Of a stretch of DNA of 64,000 nucleotides, positions 39,206 through 48,673 are shown piece after piece. The stretch spans positions 1 to 64,000 of the IMG/VR virus record IMGVR_UViG_3300032770_000005; one strand, given 5' to 3'. Numbering within the stretch: position 1 is the stretch's first letter; each line of letters opens with the position of its first letter. The notes beneath the pieces were generated by a model. The model searched no databases. It was not told the origin of the DNA and saw only the letters and a program-made list of their open reading frames with translations. The DNA is from a virus. The position numbers were made by a program, and so were the translations under genes.

Positions 39206-40118
39206 CCGACATGCCTGCGCAGGGCCTCGTGCCTGCGACGCACAGCGCCGTGCATCGGCCTCAATCGCGAGGCCAGCGCGAGGGCCTCATGCTCGCGACG
39301 ACCCACGCGTGCTCTACAGGCAGGGGCCGAGGCCTGCGACCAAGAAAAGCGAGGCGCATCCGAAAGTCTGTCCGCATGCAGAAGTCTGTCCGCATGCAGA
39401 AGTCCGTCCGCAGATCGGCAGTCGCCAGGCCAGCGCGGGGGCTTCGTGCCTGCGACTTGCAGTGGGAGATCATGTCCGCCGTTGCATGCCAGCGCAGGGG
39501 CTACCTGCCTGCGACGCCCAGGCTCCGCGCGTGTTTGAGGCCAGCACGAGGGCCTCGTGCTCGTGACTCCCGTGCGGCCAGTTCTTGCTCGCTCGCGAAC
39601 CGTCCGCTTGACGACGGACGCCCCAAGGCCAGCGCGGGGGCCGAGTGCCTGCGACTTGCAGTGTGAGCAGTGTGAGATCAGATGGCGGCGCGCATGTAGA
39701 GAGCGTGGCGGCAAACACGGCCGGCGAGGCCGGCCCGTGACCGAGCGAGCGGCAGCGAACGGTAGCTCATTGCATCTTCTTCCGGGGACGATGGGTGGCC
39801 GCGCTGTCGTGGCTGCGACGGAGTTGCTGCTCCGTGGTAGTCCGGCGAGATCACGGGTCGGCCTCACCGACCGACTGCCGATCCTGCGACGCAGATCTGA
39901 GAACGACGCGCATCACGCCAGCGCGAGGGCCGCATGCTCGCGACAAGCGCTCGAACTCTACTAAGCCAGCGCAGGGGCCGCATGCCTGCGACGAGCACGC
40001 TCGCGATGACGCTCGCCGTCGCTCGGCTCGAAAGGCCATCGCGGGGCATCGTGCCCGCGACATGTGGACGGACGAGTTTCTTTTACAAGGCCAGCGCAGG
40101 GGCCCGTGTACCTGCGAC
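39205..40118 (+). CRISPR. orphan array of repeat family B, about 11 clear repeats plus eroded remnants
   Basis: Repeat 3' ends at 39239, 39299, 39340, 39456, 39515, 39567, 39655, 39944, 39992, 40061 and 40118. Confidence 0.82.
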
Positions 40119-40138
40119 GTCTATGGAGGCTGGGCCTC

Positions 40139-40549
40139 CTAGTCGGTCCACCCAAGAGCGAGCAGGCGCCGACGCGCGACGTCTCGATACCCCTGGACCG
40201 CACCGATCGCGTAGATCAGCGTGCCGCGCTCCTTCAACGTGAGTCCGCGAGTGGCCGCGGCGGCATCCATCATCGATAGCCTGGTGATCCAGGCCTCGAA
40301 GAACACGACATCGCCTCTGCGGATGGCATCGTAGGCATCACGCTCGCTGGTGTCGTAGAGGTTCTTGCCCCAGAGAACCACGAACTGCGGCAGTCTGCTG
40401 TACGGCACCGTGTGGCCGGGGCCCCACATCGCGTCTCGCAGGTTGCGCCACTGCGACAGAAAGCCGTGTGCCGAGCGCGAGCGCTTGAGTGAGCGCGGAA
40501 CCGCGTCGATGACCTTGGGCAGGTGATAGACGCTGGGCCTGCCGCTCAT
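40139..40549 (-). CDS. hypothetical protein
   Basis: ATGA coupling with the phosphatase. Confidence 0.6.
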   Translation of the reverse strand: MSGRPSVYHLPKVIDAVPRSLKRSRSAHGFLSQWRNLRDAMWGPGHTVPYSRLPQFVVLWGKNLYDTSERDAYDAIRRGDVVFFEAWITRLSMMDAAAATRGLTLKERGTLIYAIGAVQGYRDVARRRLLALGWTD

Positions 40550-41028
40550 CGCTGGGCGAGAAGAAACTGCTCGAACATGGGGTTCGCGAGCGCCTCTTCT
40601 CCACCGCCGAGCTTGCGATGTCGGCGCACGACCGCGATCGCCTGCTGTGGCGTCCAGGTCGGGTAGAGCTGGAGCAGCGTCAGGGCGACGAGGAGGCCAG
40701 ATCTGTTCTTCCCTTGCATGCACGTCACGAGCACGCGCTTGCCGTGGCGCACAGCGCGGGCGATCTGCGCCGCGCTTTGCCAGAGCACGGGGATGACGTC
40801 GCGCGGGACGGGACGGTAGATGTCGTCGTCCATCGGCACGCGCAGGACCATCTTCCCGGCTGGCGCCACGAGCTTCGGCTGCGCTTCCATCGCCGAGTAG
40901 ACGATGACGTCGAAGAAGCTGAACAGCCGAGGGTCCGCGCCCGGGTACGCGCCCTGCGCGAGGTGATCGCGTACGATCCAGTTCCAGTCCCGGTAGCTCA
41001 CGAGCAGATGGTAGAACTTGTCCGACAC
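40546..41028 (-). CDS. dual-specificity/protein tyrosine phosphatase
   Basis: VLVTCMQGKNRSG (CX5R), PMDD acid loop, AIAVVRRHR...NPMFEQFL. Confidence 0.88.
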   Translation of the reverse strand: MSDKFYHLLVSYRDWNWIVRDHLAQGAYPGADPRLFSFFDVIVYSAMEAQPKLVAPAGKMVLRVPMDDDIYRPVPRDVIPVLWQSAAQIARAVRHGKRVLVTCMQGKNRSGLLVALTLLQLYPTWTPQQAIAVVRRHRKLGGGEEALANPMFEQFLLAQR

Positions 41029-41052
41029 CGTCGCAACGGGTACGGTCGGGAC

Positions 41053-41352
41053 ATGCCCGTGTACTCAGACACCGAGAGCGTCGACGAAGACCTGATGCGA
41101 GTGCTGACTGGCATCCGTGACCGCCAGCTCGACCTCGTGATCCTCATCGGCGCTGCGTGCGTCGACCGTCCGAACGGCGGCGCACTCGCCGAGTACGTCG
41201 TCGCCCGACCTCGAACCGGCGAGCCCGAGGTGCCGCCCGACCGGCTCTACGCGATGCTCAAGTCGTCGGCCCAGCACCTGCGGGCGATGGCGGCGAGCAT
41301 GGACCAGATGGCCGACACGATCGCGTCTCCGCCGTCCGAAGACCTGAACTGA
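41053..41352 (+). CDS. hypothetical protein
   Basis: TTGTCC-17-TACGGT ending 6 nt before the ATG. Confidence 0.55.
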   Translation: MPVYSDTESVDEDLMRVLTGIRDRQLDLVILIGAACVDRPNGGALAEYVVARPRTGEPEVPPDRLYAMLKSSAQHLRAMAASMDQMADTIASPPSEDLN

Positions 41353-41976
41353 TCACGCGCGGGCGCGTCGCCGGCGAACGACCGCGACCAGGACGAGCGC
41401 GAGCGCCCCGACCGCGGTAGCGCCGATGGCGATCGCGACGCCCATGCCGGCGCCTCCACGGGCCGCCTGGTCCATCACCGTCGCCATCGCCTGACCCCAG
41501 CCCTGCGCGGAGGTGGGCGTGAGGTGCCAGCCGAGCGAGTCGCGCGGCAGCGAGGTCGGCGTGCTCGGGTACGCGTCGATGTAGTTCGCGCCGAAGATCG
41601 CCTGGTTCTGCGTCCGCAGCGCATCTCCCACTTGCTGCGACGGCTGGCCGCTGCTCGTCGGCGAGGCGTCCGGCGGGTACTGCGGCGGACCGCTCATGTA
41701 GACGGGCGCGTGCACGCTGTCACGCATCTGGACGAGCGCGTTGCTCGTGGCCGTGCCGGCCGGGCTGTTGTGCCCGAAGATGAGCAGGACGAGATCGTTC
41801 TGAGCGGCCAGCGACGTGTACTGGTTCCAGAGCGACGGCGTGTTGACGTACGTGACGGGCGAGTCGCCGTCGTTGTGGATCTGCGTCACGGTGTGCCCAA
41901 GCGCGACGAGCGCGGCCTTCGCGGCGGCGCCGGGGTTGCCGGCCTGCGAGTCGCCGATGATCAGGATGTTCGCCAC
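41353..41976 (-). CDS. SGNH/GDSL hydrolase with C-terminal TM helix and Arg tail
   Basis: IIGDSQ, FGHN, DSLGWHLT. Confidence 0.8.
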   Translation of the reverse strand: MANILIIGDSQAGNPGAAAKAALVALGHTVTQIHNDGDSPVTYVNTPSLWNQYTSLAAQNDLVLLIFGHNSPAGTATSNALVQMRDSVHAPVYMSGPPQYPPDASPTSSGQPSQQVGDALRTQNQAIFGANYIDAYPSTPTSLPRDSLGWHLTPTSAQGWGQAMATVMDQAARGGAGMGVAIAIGATAVGALALVLVAVVRRRRARA

Positions 41977-41977
41977 G

Positions 41978-42268
41978 TCAGCGTCTCCGCTTGCTCGTCC
42001 GACGACCGCGAGGCGAGGACACGTTCTTCTGCACGACCGGCACGACGTACTGAGCTTCGAGCGCCGACAGTGTCGGCTTCGGCGCCGGCGACGGCGTGAC
42101 GTAGACCGCGTATGAGGTCTTGCTCGCTCGGCTCCGCGAGGGCAGCTCCTCGATCTTGCCGAACCAGTTGCCCACGCTCTGGAGCTTCCAGCCTATGAGC
42201 GCGTTGACCGCGTTCGCGGGCGTGGTCCAGCGTCCGATCTCCAGCCAGTTGTCGTCGTCCTTGCTCAT
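41978..42268 (-). CDS. hypothetical protein with basic tail
   Basis: GGAG RBS and ATGA coupling. Confidence 0.55.
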   Translation of the reverse strand: MSKDDDNWLEIGRWTTPANAVNALIGWKLQSVGNWFGKIEELPSRSRASKTSYAVYVTPSPAPKPTLSALEAQYVVPVVQKNVSSPRGRRTSKRRR

Positions 42269-43464
42269 CCGAGTCTCCGTGGTCGCGACGGCCGCCCGCC
42301 GCAGCTGATGCACTGTACGTCGTTCACGCCGTACTCGATCGACCGACCGAACACGTGTTCGGCGATCTTGTCGGCGCGACGCTCGATGCTCTCGGGCAGC
42401 CGTCCGTAACGGCGCTCGACCGCGGCGCGTCCGAACCGGAACTCCACCGCGTGCCCGAACTCGTGCGCCACGAGGCCATCGATGTACGCCTGCGGCAGCT
42501 GCTCCGTCTTCGCGGCGAACGCGATGACGAGCGGGTCACCCTTCTTGCAGTAGCCGAACTGCCGCTCGGAGCCGTGGCCGTTGTCGCTGGCCGCATGCTC
42601 GTCGAGGTGCAGCTCTACGGTGCCGAGGTCCGGCCACTCGCGCGCCGCCGCATCGAAGTGCCGATCGAAAGATCGGCGCACGCGCTCCATCGAGCCGTTG
42701 TGGGCTAGTGGCACCTGGGGGCCACGGACTCGGCGCACGCGCTCGTGAACCGACGGCTCACCGAAGTCGATGATGACGGGCATGTCGCGCTGGATCGACC
42801 ACCTGACGTTCTCGATGTGCAGGTCTTCCGCGTGCACGCCACGCGCGGCCAGCCAATCGTAGCCCGCCAAGATGGTCCCCATCATGGCGTCAGCGTAGGC
42901 GCGCTCGCGCTCCCGAACGCGAGCCTCCTTGGGGTCGTTGCCAAGACGGGCTGTCCACTGCGGCACCACAGCATGGAGGCTCTTGATACCGCCGACACGG
43001 TCGAAGCACTGCCACTCGGACATCCGTTCGAGAGCTAGCTGGAGCAAGAGGAAGGCATGGGCGCGCTGCTCTTCTCCGGGTTGCTCGGCCGTGCCTTCGG
43101 CGAGGATCAGGTATCCGCTGGCACGACCCGGCATCCGCCAGACGCCGTAGACCTGAACGAGGCCCGGCACGGGTGCCTTGGCTCCGGCCACTAGCGCCGC
43201 GGCCCGGGCGTCGCTGACGTCGAACGTGTACTTGAGCACGCGACCGTTGGGTAGCCACCAGGCACGTGCGTACGCGCCTTTGCCAGCGAGGTGCTCGTCG
43301 TCCAGCCAGTCGGGCGGCACGTCCAGCTCGCGCAGCAGCCCGGTCATCGACCGCAGCTTGAGGGTCCAGTAGCCCTCGTCGGCCGGAGGCTGTCCGTTCG
43401 CGGTGACCCCCGCAGCGGCCTGGAGCGCTGGCGACAGGCTGACGATCTTCGGGTTCGACCGCAC
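42265..43464 (-). CDS. protein-kinase-like domain fused to a zincin metallopeptidase-like domain
   Basis: AGKGAYARAW, VLK, DLHIENV, IIDFG; then VAHEFGHAV...ERRAD. Confidence 0.75.
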   Translation of the reverse strand: MRSNPKIVSLSPALQAAAGVTANGQPPADEGYWTLKLRSMTGLLRELDVPPDWLDDEHLAGKGAYARAWWLPNGRVLKYTFDVSDARAAALVAGAKAPVPGLVQVYGVWRMPGRASGYLILAEGTAEQPGEEQRAHAFLLLQLALERMSEWQCFDRVGGIKSLHAVVPQWTARLGNDPKEARVRERERAYADAMMGTILAGYDWLAARGVHAEDLHIENVRWSIQRDMPVIIDFGEPSVHERVRRVRGPQVPLAHNGSMERVRRSFDRHFDAAAREWPDLGTVELHLDEHAASDNGHGSERQFGYCKKGDPLVIAFAAKTEQLPQAYIDGLVAHEFGHAVEFRFGRAAVERRYGRLPESIERRADKIAEHVFGRSIEYGVNDVQCISCGGRPSRPRRLG

Positions 43465-43473
43465 GAGGCGATC

Positions 43474-44301
43474 TTACCGCAGGGACATCGTGCCGTCCTT
43501 CTTGAACTCCACCATCGCGCCCGGGTGCAGATGCGTGAAGCCGACCTGCGCGAGCACCGTCATGCCGCTCGGGCTCGCGAGCAGCATGTCGAGGACCACG
43601 GCGTCCATCTGCATCTCGCGGTGCAGCGTCAAGATCAGCTCGGTCCAGTCGGCGGGACGCCAGCCGCGGTGATCCAGGATGTGCTCGCGCACGCGATCGA
43701 GCAGCTGGGGCGACTCCGCCGGCGGCCTCGTAGGCTCGCCATCGTCGGTCGTCTCGCCATCGTCGGGCTGCTTGCTGAACCAGAGGAGCGACTCGACGTC
43801 CAGATCTTCGGGGTCTTCCCCCGCGGCCAGCGCGTCGAGCGCTTCCTGGGGCCGCTGGATGCGCACGGGTGCACGCGGTGCGGGCGCCGGCGCCGGGGCC
43901 GCGATCGCGGGCTCGATCGCGCCAGCGGCGACGGCTTCCGCGAGCGTCGTAGGAGGATGCTCGACGGGCATGCGCGCGAGCCAGGGATGGTCGCGCATGC
44001 GCTCGGGGGCTGCGGTCAGCACCAGGTCTTCGGCTCGCGTGAGCGGCGTTGCCGCGTCCCGATAGAGGTCGAGGTGCACGGCGAGCGGCGACTTCTTGTG
44101 GTCGGCAGCCCCGGCAAGCGCCGCGGTCGCCATGCCCTGGCGAACGCCCTCGCTGAAGGCCCAGGTCTCCATCTTGGCGACGTTGCGGAGCACCTCGGAG
44201 ATCACCTGTGGCGATGCTCCGCAGGTTGCGAGGCGCAGGTACATCTCGACCTTGAGCGCCGAGTATCGCCGTTCGTCTTCTTCGAGTCGGAAGTTCGGCA
44301 T
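43474..44301 (-). CDS. hypothetical protein
   Basis: Long ORF with biased codon usage in the minus-strand operon. Confidence 0.65.
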   Translation of the reverse strand: MPNFRLEEDERRYSALKVEMYLRLATCGASPQVISEVLRNVAKMETWAFSEGVRQGMATAALAGAADHKKSPLAVHLDLYRDAATPLTRAEDLVLTAAPERMRDHPWLARMPVEHPPTTLAEAVAAGAIEPAIAAPAPAPAPRAPVRIQRPQEALDALAAGEDPEDLDVESLLWFSKQPDDGETTDDGEPTRPPAESPQLLDRVREHILDHRGWRPADWTELILTLHREMQMDAVVLDMLLASPSGMTVLAQVGFTHLHPGAMVEFKKDGTMSLR

Positions 44302-44323
44302 CAGCTGACCGCCGCCACGATGG

Positions 44324-44560
44324 TCACAGCTCTTCCTCGTCGAGCGCGTCGCCCAGGCCGCCGCTCTCGTCGTCGTCGTCGGGATCGAAGATCCCGGCCT
44401 TGCCCTTGTCCTCGCCGTACTCGGCAGCGCGCTCGCGCAGCGCTCGCGCGAACATGATCGACCACGCCTCGATGGTCTTCGGCTTCTGGTCGAGCCCCGC
44501 GATGATGTCGCCGGCGTTGGCTTCGAGCCACTCCTCGAACTCGTCGAATAGCACGCGCAT
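44324..44560 (-). CDS. small acidic hypothetical protein
   Basis: Preceded by TTGACC...CATACT on the minus strand. Confidence 0.55.
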   Translation of the reverse strand: MRVLFDEFEEWLEANAGDIIAGLDQKPKTIEAWSIMFARALRERAAEYGEDKGKAGIFDPDDDDESGGLGDALDEEEL

Positions 44561-44642
44561 GCGGCGAGAGTATGAAGAACGTGTCCGACAGGTCAAGTCC
44601 CAGATCTCGCCTCGCCTGTCCTCGCGGTGTAACCTCTCGGAC

Positions 44643-45479
44643 ATGAGCTACAGGGCCGTCCGACTCGTGCGTTCGGCGCCACGCCGCGTCTACGTGCGGC
44701 GCGGCCTTGGATTGCGGCGCGGCCTTGGGCAGTCGGTCCCAGCGACACCGGACCTCACGCAGTGGCGGCAGGACGTGTCGCTGGCCGCGCAAGCCGGCAT
44801 CCCGGTACTCGCGCTCAAGGCGATCCGCTCGAACGAGTCCGGCGGCGACCCGAGCGTCATCCGCTTCGAGTCGAGGATCTTCAACGACCTGACGAACAAC
44901 CAGTACGCCTCGCAGCCGGCGTTCTCGGGCGGTGCTGGCTACAGCGGGACGGGCACGTCGCTGCCGAACGCCTTTCAGCAGGCCTACCGGCTCGATCCGA
45001 CGAACGCCGTGAACGCTACGTCGTGGGGCGCCTACCAGGTGCTGCTGCGTGACGCGGGGCCGCAGATCTGGGCGCAGGCCGGCAACGACCCCGCCCGCTT
45101 CATCCAGATGTTCAACGCCGACCCCGCGAGCGTGAGCGAGCAGATCTTGGTGAGCTGGTTCAAGAACCCGCAGCACGCTGCGGCACAGCAGGCGGCGCAG
45201 CAGTACGACTGGGTCACCCTTGCGCATCACTACAACGGCTGCGCGCTGCCGTGCGACACGTACGCAGGCCGGCTGGAGGACGCCTACAACGCGTGGCTGC
45301 CGCAGTGGCAGATCGTGCAGCCCGAGCTGGCCCAGCAGGCCGCCTACATCGCGATCGGCGTGGGCGCGGTCGGCATCCTCGCGCTCGCGGGGCTCACCTA
45401 CGCGATCATGCGCCGCCGTCGTCAGCGAGCTGCGGCTGCGGCGGCACCCGCTCCAGCGGCGGCACCTGCCGCGGCCTGA
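44643..45479 (+). CDS. N-acetylmuramidase (DUF3380-like) with C-terminal TM helix and Arg tail
   Basis: AIRSNESGG, IRFESRIF, ATSWGAYQVL, DWVTLAHHYNG, YAGRLEDAY. Confidence 0.82.
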   Translation: MSYRAVRLVRSAPRRVYVRRGLGLRRGLGQSVPATPDLTQWRQDVSLAAQAGIPVLALKAIRSNESGGDPSVIRFESRIFNDLTNNQYASQPAFSGGAGYSGTGTSLPNAFQQAYRLDPTNAVNATSWGAYQVLLRDAGPQIWAQAGNDPARFIQMFNADPASVSEQILVSWFKNPQHAAAQQAAQQYDWVTLAHHYNGCALPCDTYAGRLEDAYNAWLPQWQIVQPELAQQAAYIAIGVGAVGILALAGLTYAIMRRRRQRAAAAAAPAPAAAPAAA

Positions 45480-45658
45480 CCTATCGGGGACCGAACACGA
45501 GAGCGCCGATCGCCGCGACCTCTCTTGGTCCGACGATGCCGCCTGCTTCCGAGGCGTTCGCGCGTTGCTCCCAGGTCTTACGTGACATCGCGAACGCCCG
45601 GCGCTCGGCATCGTCGAGAAGCGCGATGCGGCAGCGCTGCTTCAGCTCGTGGCGCTCC

Positions 45659-46708
45659 TCATCCGTCATCGATCGCGGCCGCCGCCTGCGCGGCAGCCTT
45701 CGCTCGGACCTGGTTCAAGAGGTCTTCGACGCTCTTCGGGGGGCCCTTCATCCGACCGAGGTAGATCGCGGTCGTGTTCGGGTTCTCCTGTCCGAGCTGC
45801 TGCTGGATGGACTGGATCACCTCGCCGGCCTCGTCGAGGTCGTGGGCGAAGGCGTGACGGATGCCGTGCGTGTGCACTCGGTCGGGCGAGATCCCCGCCG
45901 TGACGGCGGCGCGCTTCACGATCACTCCGATCTGGTTCGGGTTCATGCAGCGGTGCGGGTCGAGGTGCATGTAGGAGCCGGGCCGGATCATCGGGCCGAA
46001 GACAGCGGAGTCGGGTCTGAGCGAGGAGAGGCGGTTGCTCGTGATCCAGTGCTTGCGCATCGCGTTGTAGGCCACCGTGGGCAGGTGGAACTGCTTGACC
46101 TTGCCGCCCTTGACCTTGATCCGGTACGAGCGCGGCTCGGTCTCGATGTCGAGGTCGCGCACGCGTAGGTTTGCGGCTTCGGCACGCCGGCGTCCTGTGA
46201 AGGCCAGGAACACGAGCACGGCGTAGTCGCGGCGCCCGATGGGATCGGTCGGGAGCGCACGGAGCATCTTCTGGAGGTCGACACGGTCGACTGGTTTGCT
46301 GCGTCCGTACGGAGACGGCGTGATGTCCTTGCGTGGGACGAGGCGGAAAGGGTTCGACGTGAGGAGCGGCTTTCCGCTCGTGTCCGGGGGCCGAGCGAGG
46401 AAGTCGAAGAACGCGGTGCACGCGGCGAGTCTCGTGCTGATCGTGCCGTCACTGAGGTCACGGCTGCGGAGCCACTTCTTGTAGTAGGCGGCCTCGGCGA
46501 CCGTGATGTTCTCTGGGCAGCGCCAGTTCCACAGCTCGAAGAACTCGCGGATCGCAAAGCCGTAGGTCTTGGCGGTGTTGGGCGTCTTGCTCATCAAGAA
46601 GCCCGCGAGCGCGATCATGTAGAGCTTGGACGCTCCGGGGTCGCCACCTCCGAAGGCCAGCATGTCGGCCGCAGACCCGGGCGCCGTGCTTCGTACGACG
46701 ATGTCCAC
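45659..46708 (-). CDS. tyrosine recombinase/integrase
   Basis: SAM-like N-domain; TGRRRAE (R), KGGK (K), HGIRH (HxxR), LGQ, TTAIY (Y). Confidence 0.9.
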   Translation of the reverse strand: MDIVVRSTAPGSAADMLAFGGGDPGASKLYMIALAGFLMSKTPNTAKTYGFAIREFFELWNWRCPENITVAEAAYYKKWLRSRDLSDGTISTRLAACTAFFDFLARPPDTSGKPLLTSNPFRLVPRKDITPSPYGRSKPVDRVDLQKMLRALPTDPIGRRDYAVLVFLAFTGRRRAEAANLRVRDLDIETEPRSYRIKVKGGKVKQFHLPTVAYNAMRKHWITSNRLSSLRPDSAVFGPMIRPGSYMHLDPHRCMNPNQIGVIVKRAAVTAGISPDRVHTHGIRHAFAHDLDEAGEVIQSIQQQLGQENPNTTAIYLGRMKGPPKSVEDLLNQVRAKAAAQAAAAIDDG

Positions 46709-46755
46709 TGTCCAAGGTTAGCATGCACTTGCAGGCCGAGAACCTGTCTGACACC

Positions 46756-47007
46756 ATGTCGCTGTCGTCGGAGAAGCTGAAGGAGCACATGAACATCGGC
46801 GAGCTGGTCGAGAGCGGACGCGTGAAGAGCGACCTGAAGCTCAAGGTACGGGTTCCGGCGCGACTCCAGGACAAGTACGGCGTGCACACGCGCGGCATCT
46901 ACGCGGGGCTCAAGCCGAAGGAGCCGGGCAGCCGCGTCCAGCTCGTGTACGTGCGCGTGAACGGCAGGCGCCTGACCTTCCGGCCGCAAGATCTCGAACT
47001 CGCATGA
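46756..47007 (+). CDS. hypothetical protein
   Basis: Divergent from the integrase; basic. Confidence 0.6.
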   Translation: MSLSSEKLKEHMNIGELVESGRVKSDLKLKVRVPARLQDKYGVHTRGIYAGLKPKEPGSRVQLVYVRVNGRRLTFRPQDLELA

Positions 47008-47255
47008 CGGCCTCCGCGCTCGTCGTCGCGCTCGTCACGTTGGTGATGGTGCTCGGGACGGCCTGGGTCGTCGGTCAGGCGATGCTCGCGTATTGGATCG
47101 TGCGCGCGTCTCCGCCGCGGCCGGTCGCGGTAGCCGTGTGTTGGCGCTGGGACTCATGGGTTGCGACAGATGCGCCGCAGCAGCCTGGCCTGTGCGTAGT
47201 GCATGACGTGGGGCCCGTGCGCGTCTTCGTGCTCTACGGCGCGCCGAGCGAGTGA
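47004..47255 (+). CDS. small membrane protein
   Basis: Hydrophobic N-terminus and ATGA coupling. Confidence 0.5.
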   Translation: MTASALVVALVTLVMVLGTAWVVGQAMLAYWIVRASPPRPVAVAVCWRWDSWVATDAPQQPGLCVVHDVGPVRVFVLYGAPSE

Positions 47256-47297
47256 GTTGAAAGAACGCTTGACGCTCCCGTCTGCGTAGGGTACGGC
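47252..47297 (+). promoter_or_regulatory. conserved promoter block GTGAGTTGAAAGAAC..TTGACG-17-TA
   Basis: Near-identical block at 55544-55588 and a related one at 51714-51767. Confidence 0.65.
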
Positions 47298-47303
47298 GAC
47301 AGA

Positions 47304-47993
47304 GTGATCCCCACAGAGCGACTGGACGCGCTGGACCGGGCCATCGAGCGCGGGGAAGTGCTGCGCAACGACTGGGCCCGGGAACAGGATGGTCATCAGC
47401 TGGCGTGCCTGCTCGCACATCTTTCGCCAGAGGTGGCGGTGGAGAAGTCGGCGGACGCCTGCCCCGCCAAGACCCTCGACCCGTGGTTCGCGCACCTGTT
47501 GCCGTGGATCGATGACGCGTGCTCACTCGAACGACGCGACGAGTTCCTGCGTCGCACGGCGGCGGTCCTGCGGCGCTGGGACGCACTGTCAGCCGAGACG
47601 CGTTGCCGGCTCGACTACGAATGTCGCGCGATTGCGGTGCGAGAGTCGCGGCTACGTGTGTCCGCGAGCGAAGAGCAGGCGCTTGCGGCAGTCGACGGCA
47701 TGCTTGCGTTGCTAGACCGGGCGGCCGTGGGCGGTGAGGTCAGCGCGCAGGAGTGGTCGGCGGCGGCGGCGACGGCGCGGGCGGCGGCCGCACAGGAGTG
47801 GTCGGCGGCGGCGGCGGCGGCGGCCGCGCAAGTGCGGGCGGCGGCGGCGGGGGCGGCCGCGTGGGCGGCGCGGGCGGCACCGGCTTCGGCGCGGGCGGCA
47901 GCAGCGGCTTGGGCGCGGGCGGCGGCGTCCGATCGAATGATCGACCGCATGCTCACCGCCATGGAGCGCGAGTGCGCGAAGGTGACGCCATGA
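47304..47993 (+). CDS. 'MIPxERLDALD' family paralog 4
   Basis: Conserved family blocks with a poly-Ala core. Confidence 0.8.
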   Translation: MIPTERLDALDRAIERGEVLRNDWAREQDGHQLACLLAHLSPEVAVEKSADACPAKTLDPWFAHLLPWIDDACSLERRDEFLRRTAAVLRRWDALSAETRCRLDYECRAIAVRESRLRVSASEEQALAAVDGMLALLDRAAVGGEVSAQEWSAAAATARAAAAQEWSAAAAAAAAQVRAAAAGAAAWAARAAPASARAAAAAWARAAASDRMIDRMLTAMERECAKVTP

Positions 47994-48673
47994 TCCCTAC
48001 GGAACGGTTGGACGCGCTGGACCGGGCCATCGAGCGCGGGGAGGTGCTGCGCAACGACTGGGCTCGGGAGCAGGACGGTCGCCAGCTCGCGTGCCTGCTC
48101 GCGCATCTTTCGCCAGAGGTGGCGGTGGAGAAGTCGGCGGACGCCTGTCCGACCAAGACGCTCGACCCGTGGTTCGCGCATCTGCTGCCGTGGATCGACG
48201 ATGCGTGCTCGCTGGAGCGCCGCGACGAGTTCTTGCGTCGCACGGCGGCAGTGCTGCGGCGCTGGGACGCGCTGTCGGCAGAGACTCGGCGGCGTCTCGA
48301 CTACGAGTGCAGGGCGATCGCGGTGCGAGAGGCGCGGCTGCACGTGTCTGCGAGCGAAGAGCAGGCGCTTGCGGCGATCGACAGCATGTTCGCGTTGCTC
48401 GACCGCGCGATCGCGGGCGGTGAGGTCAGCAAGCAGGAGTGGTCGGCGGCGGCGGCGTCGGCGCGGGCGGTGGTCGCACAGGAGTGGTCGGCGCCGGCGG
48501 CGGGGGCGGCAGCGGCCGCGCAAGTGCGGGCGGCGGCGGCGCGTGCGGCACAGCTGGCGACTGAGGCGGTGTTGGCGCCCGAGGTGGCGGCTCAGGCGAT
48601 GGCGTCCGATCGCATGATCGACCAGATGCTCTCCGCCATGGAGCGCGAGTGCGCGAAGGCGGCGGTGACATGA
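47990..48673 (+). CDS. 'MIPxERLDALD' family paralog 5
   Basis: Near-identical to paralog 4 over the N-terminal two-thirds. Confidence 0.8.
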   Translation: MIPTERLDALDRAIERGEVLRNDWAREQDGRQLACLLAHLSPEVAVEKSADACPTKTLDPWFAHLLPWIDDACSLERRDEFLRRTAAVLRRWDALSAETRRRLDYECRAIAVREARLHVSASEEQALAAIDSMFALLDRAIAGGEVSKQEWSAAAASARAVVAQEWSAPAAGAAAAAQVRAAAARAAQLATEAVLAPEVAAQAMASDRMIDQMLSAMERECAKAAVT

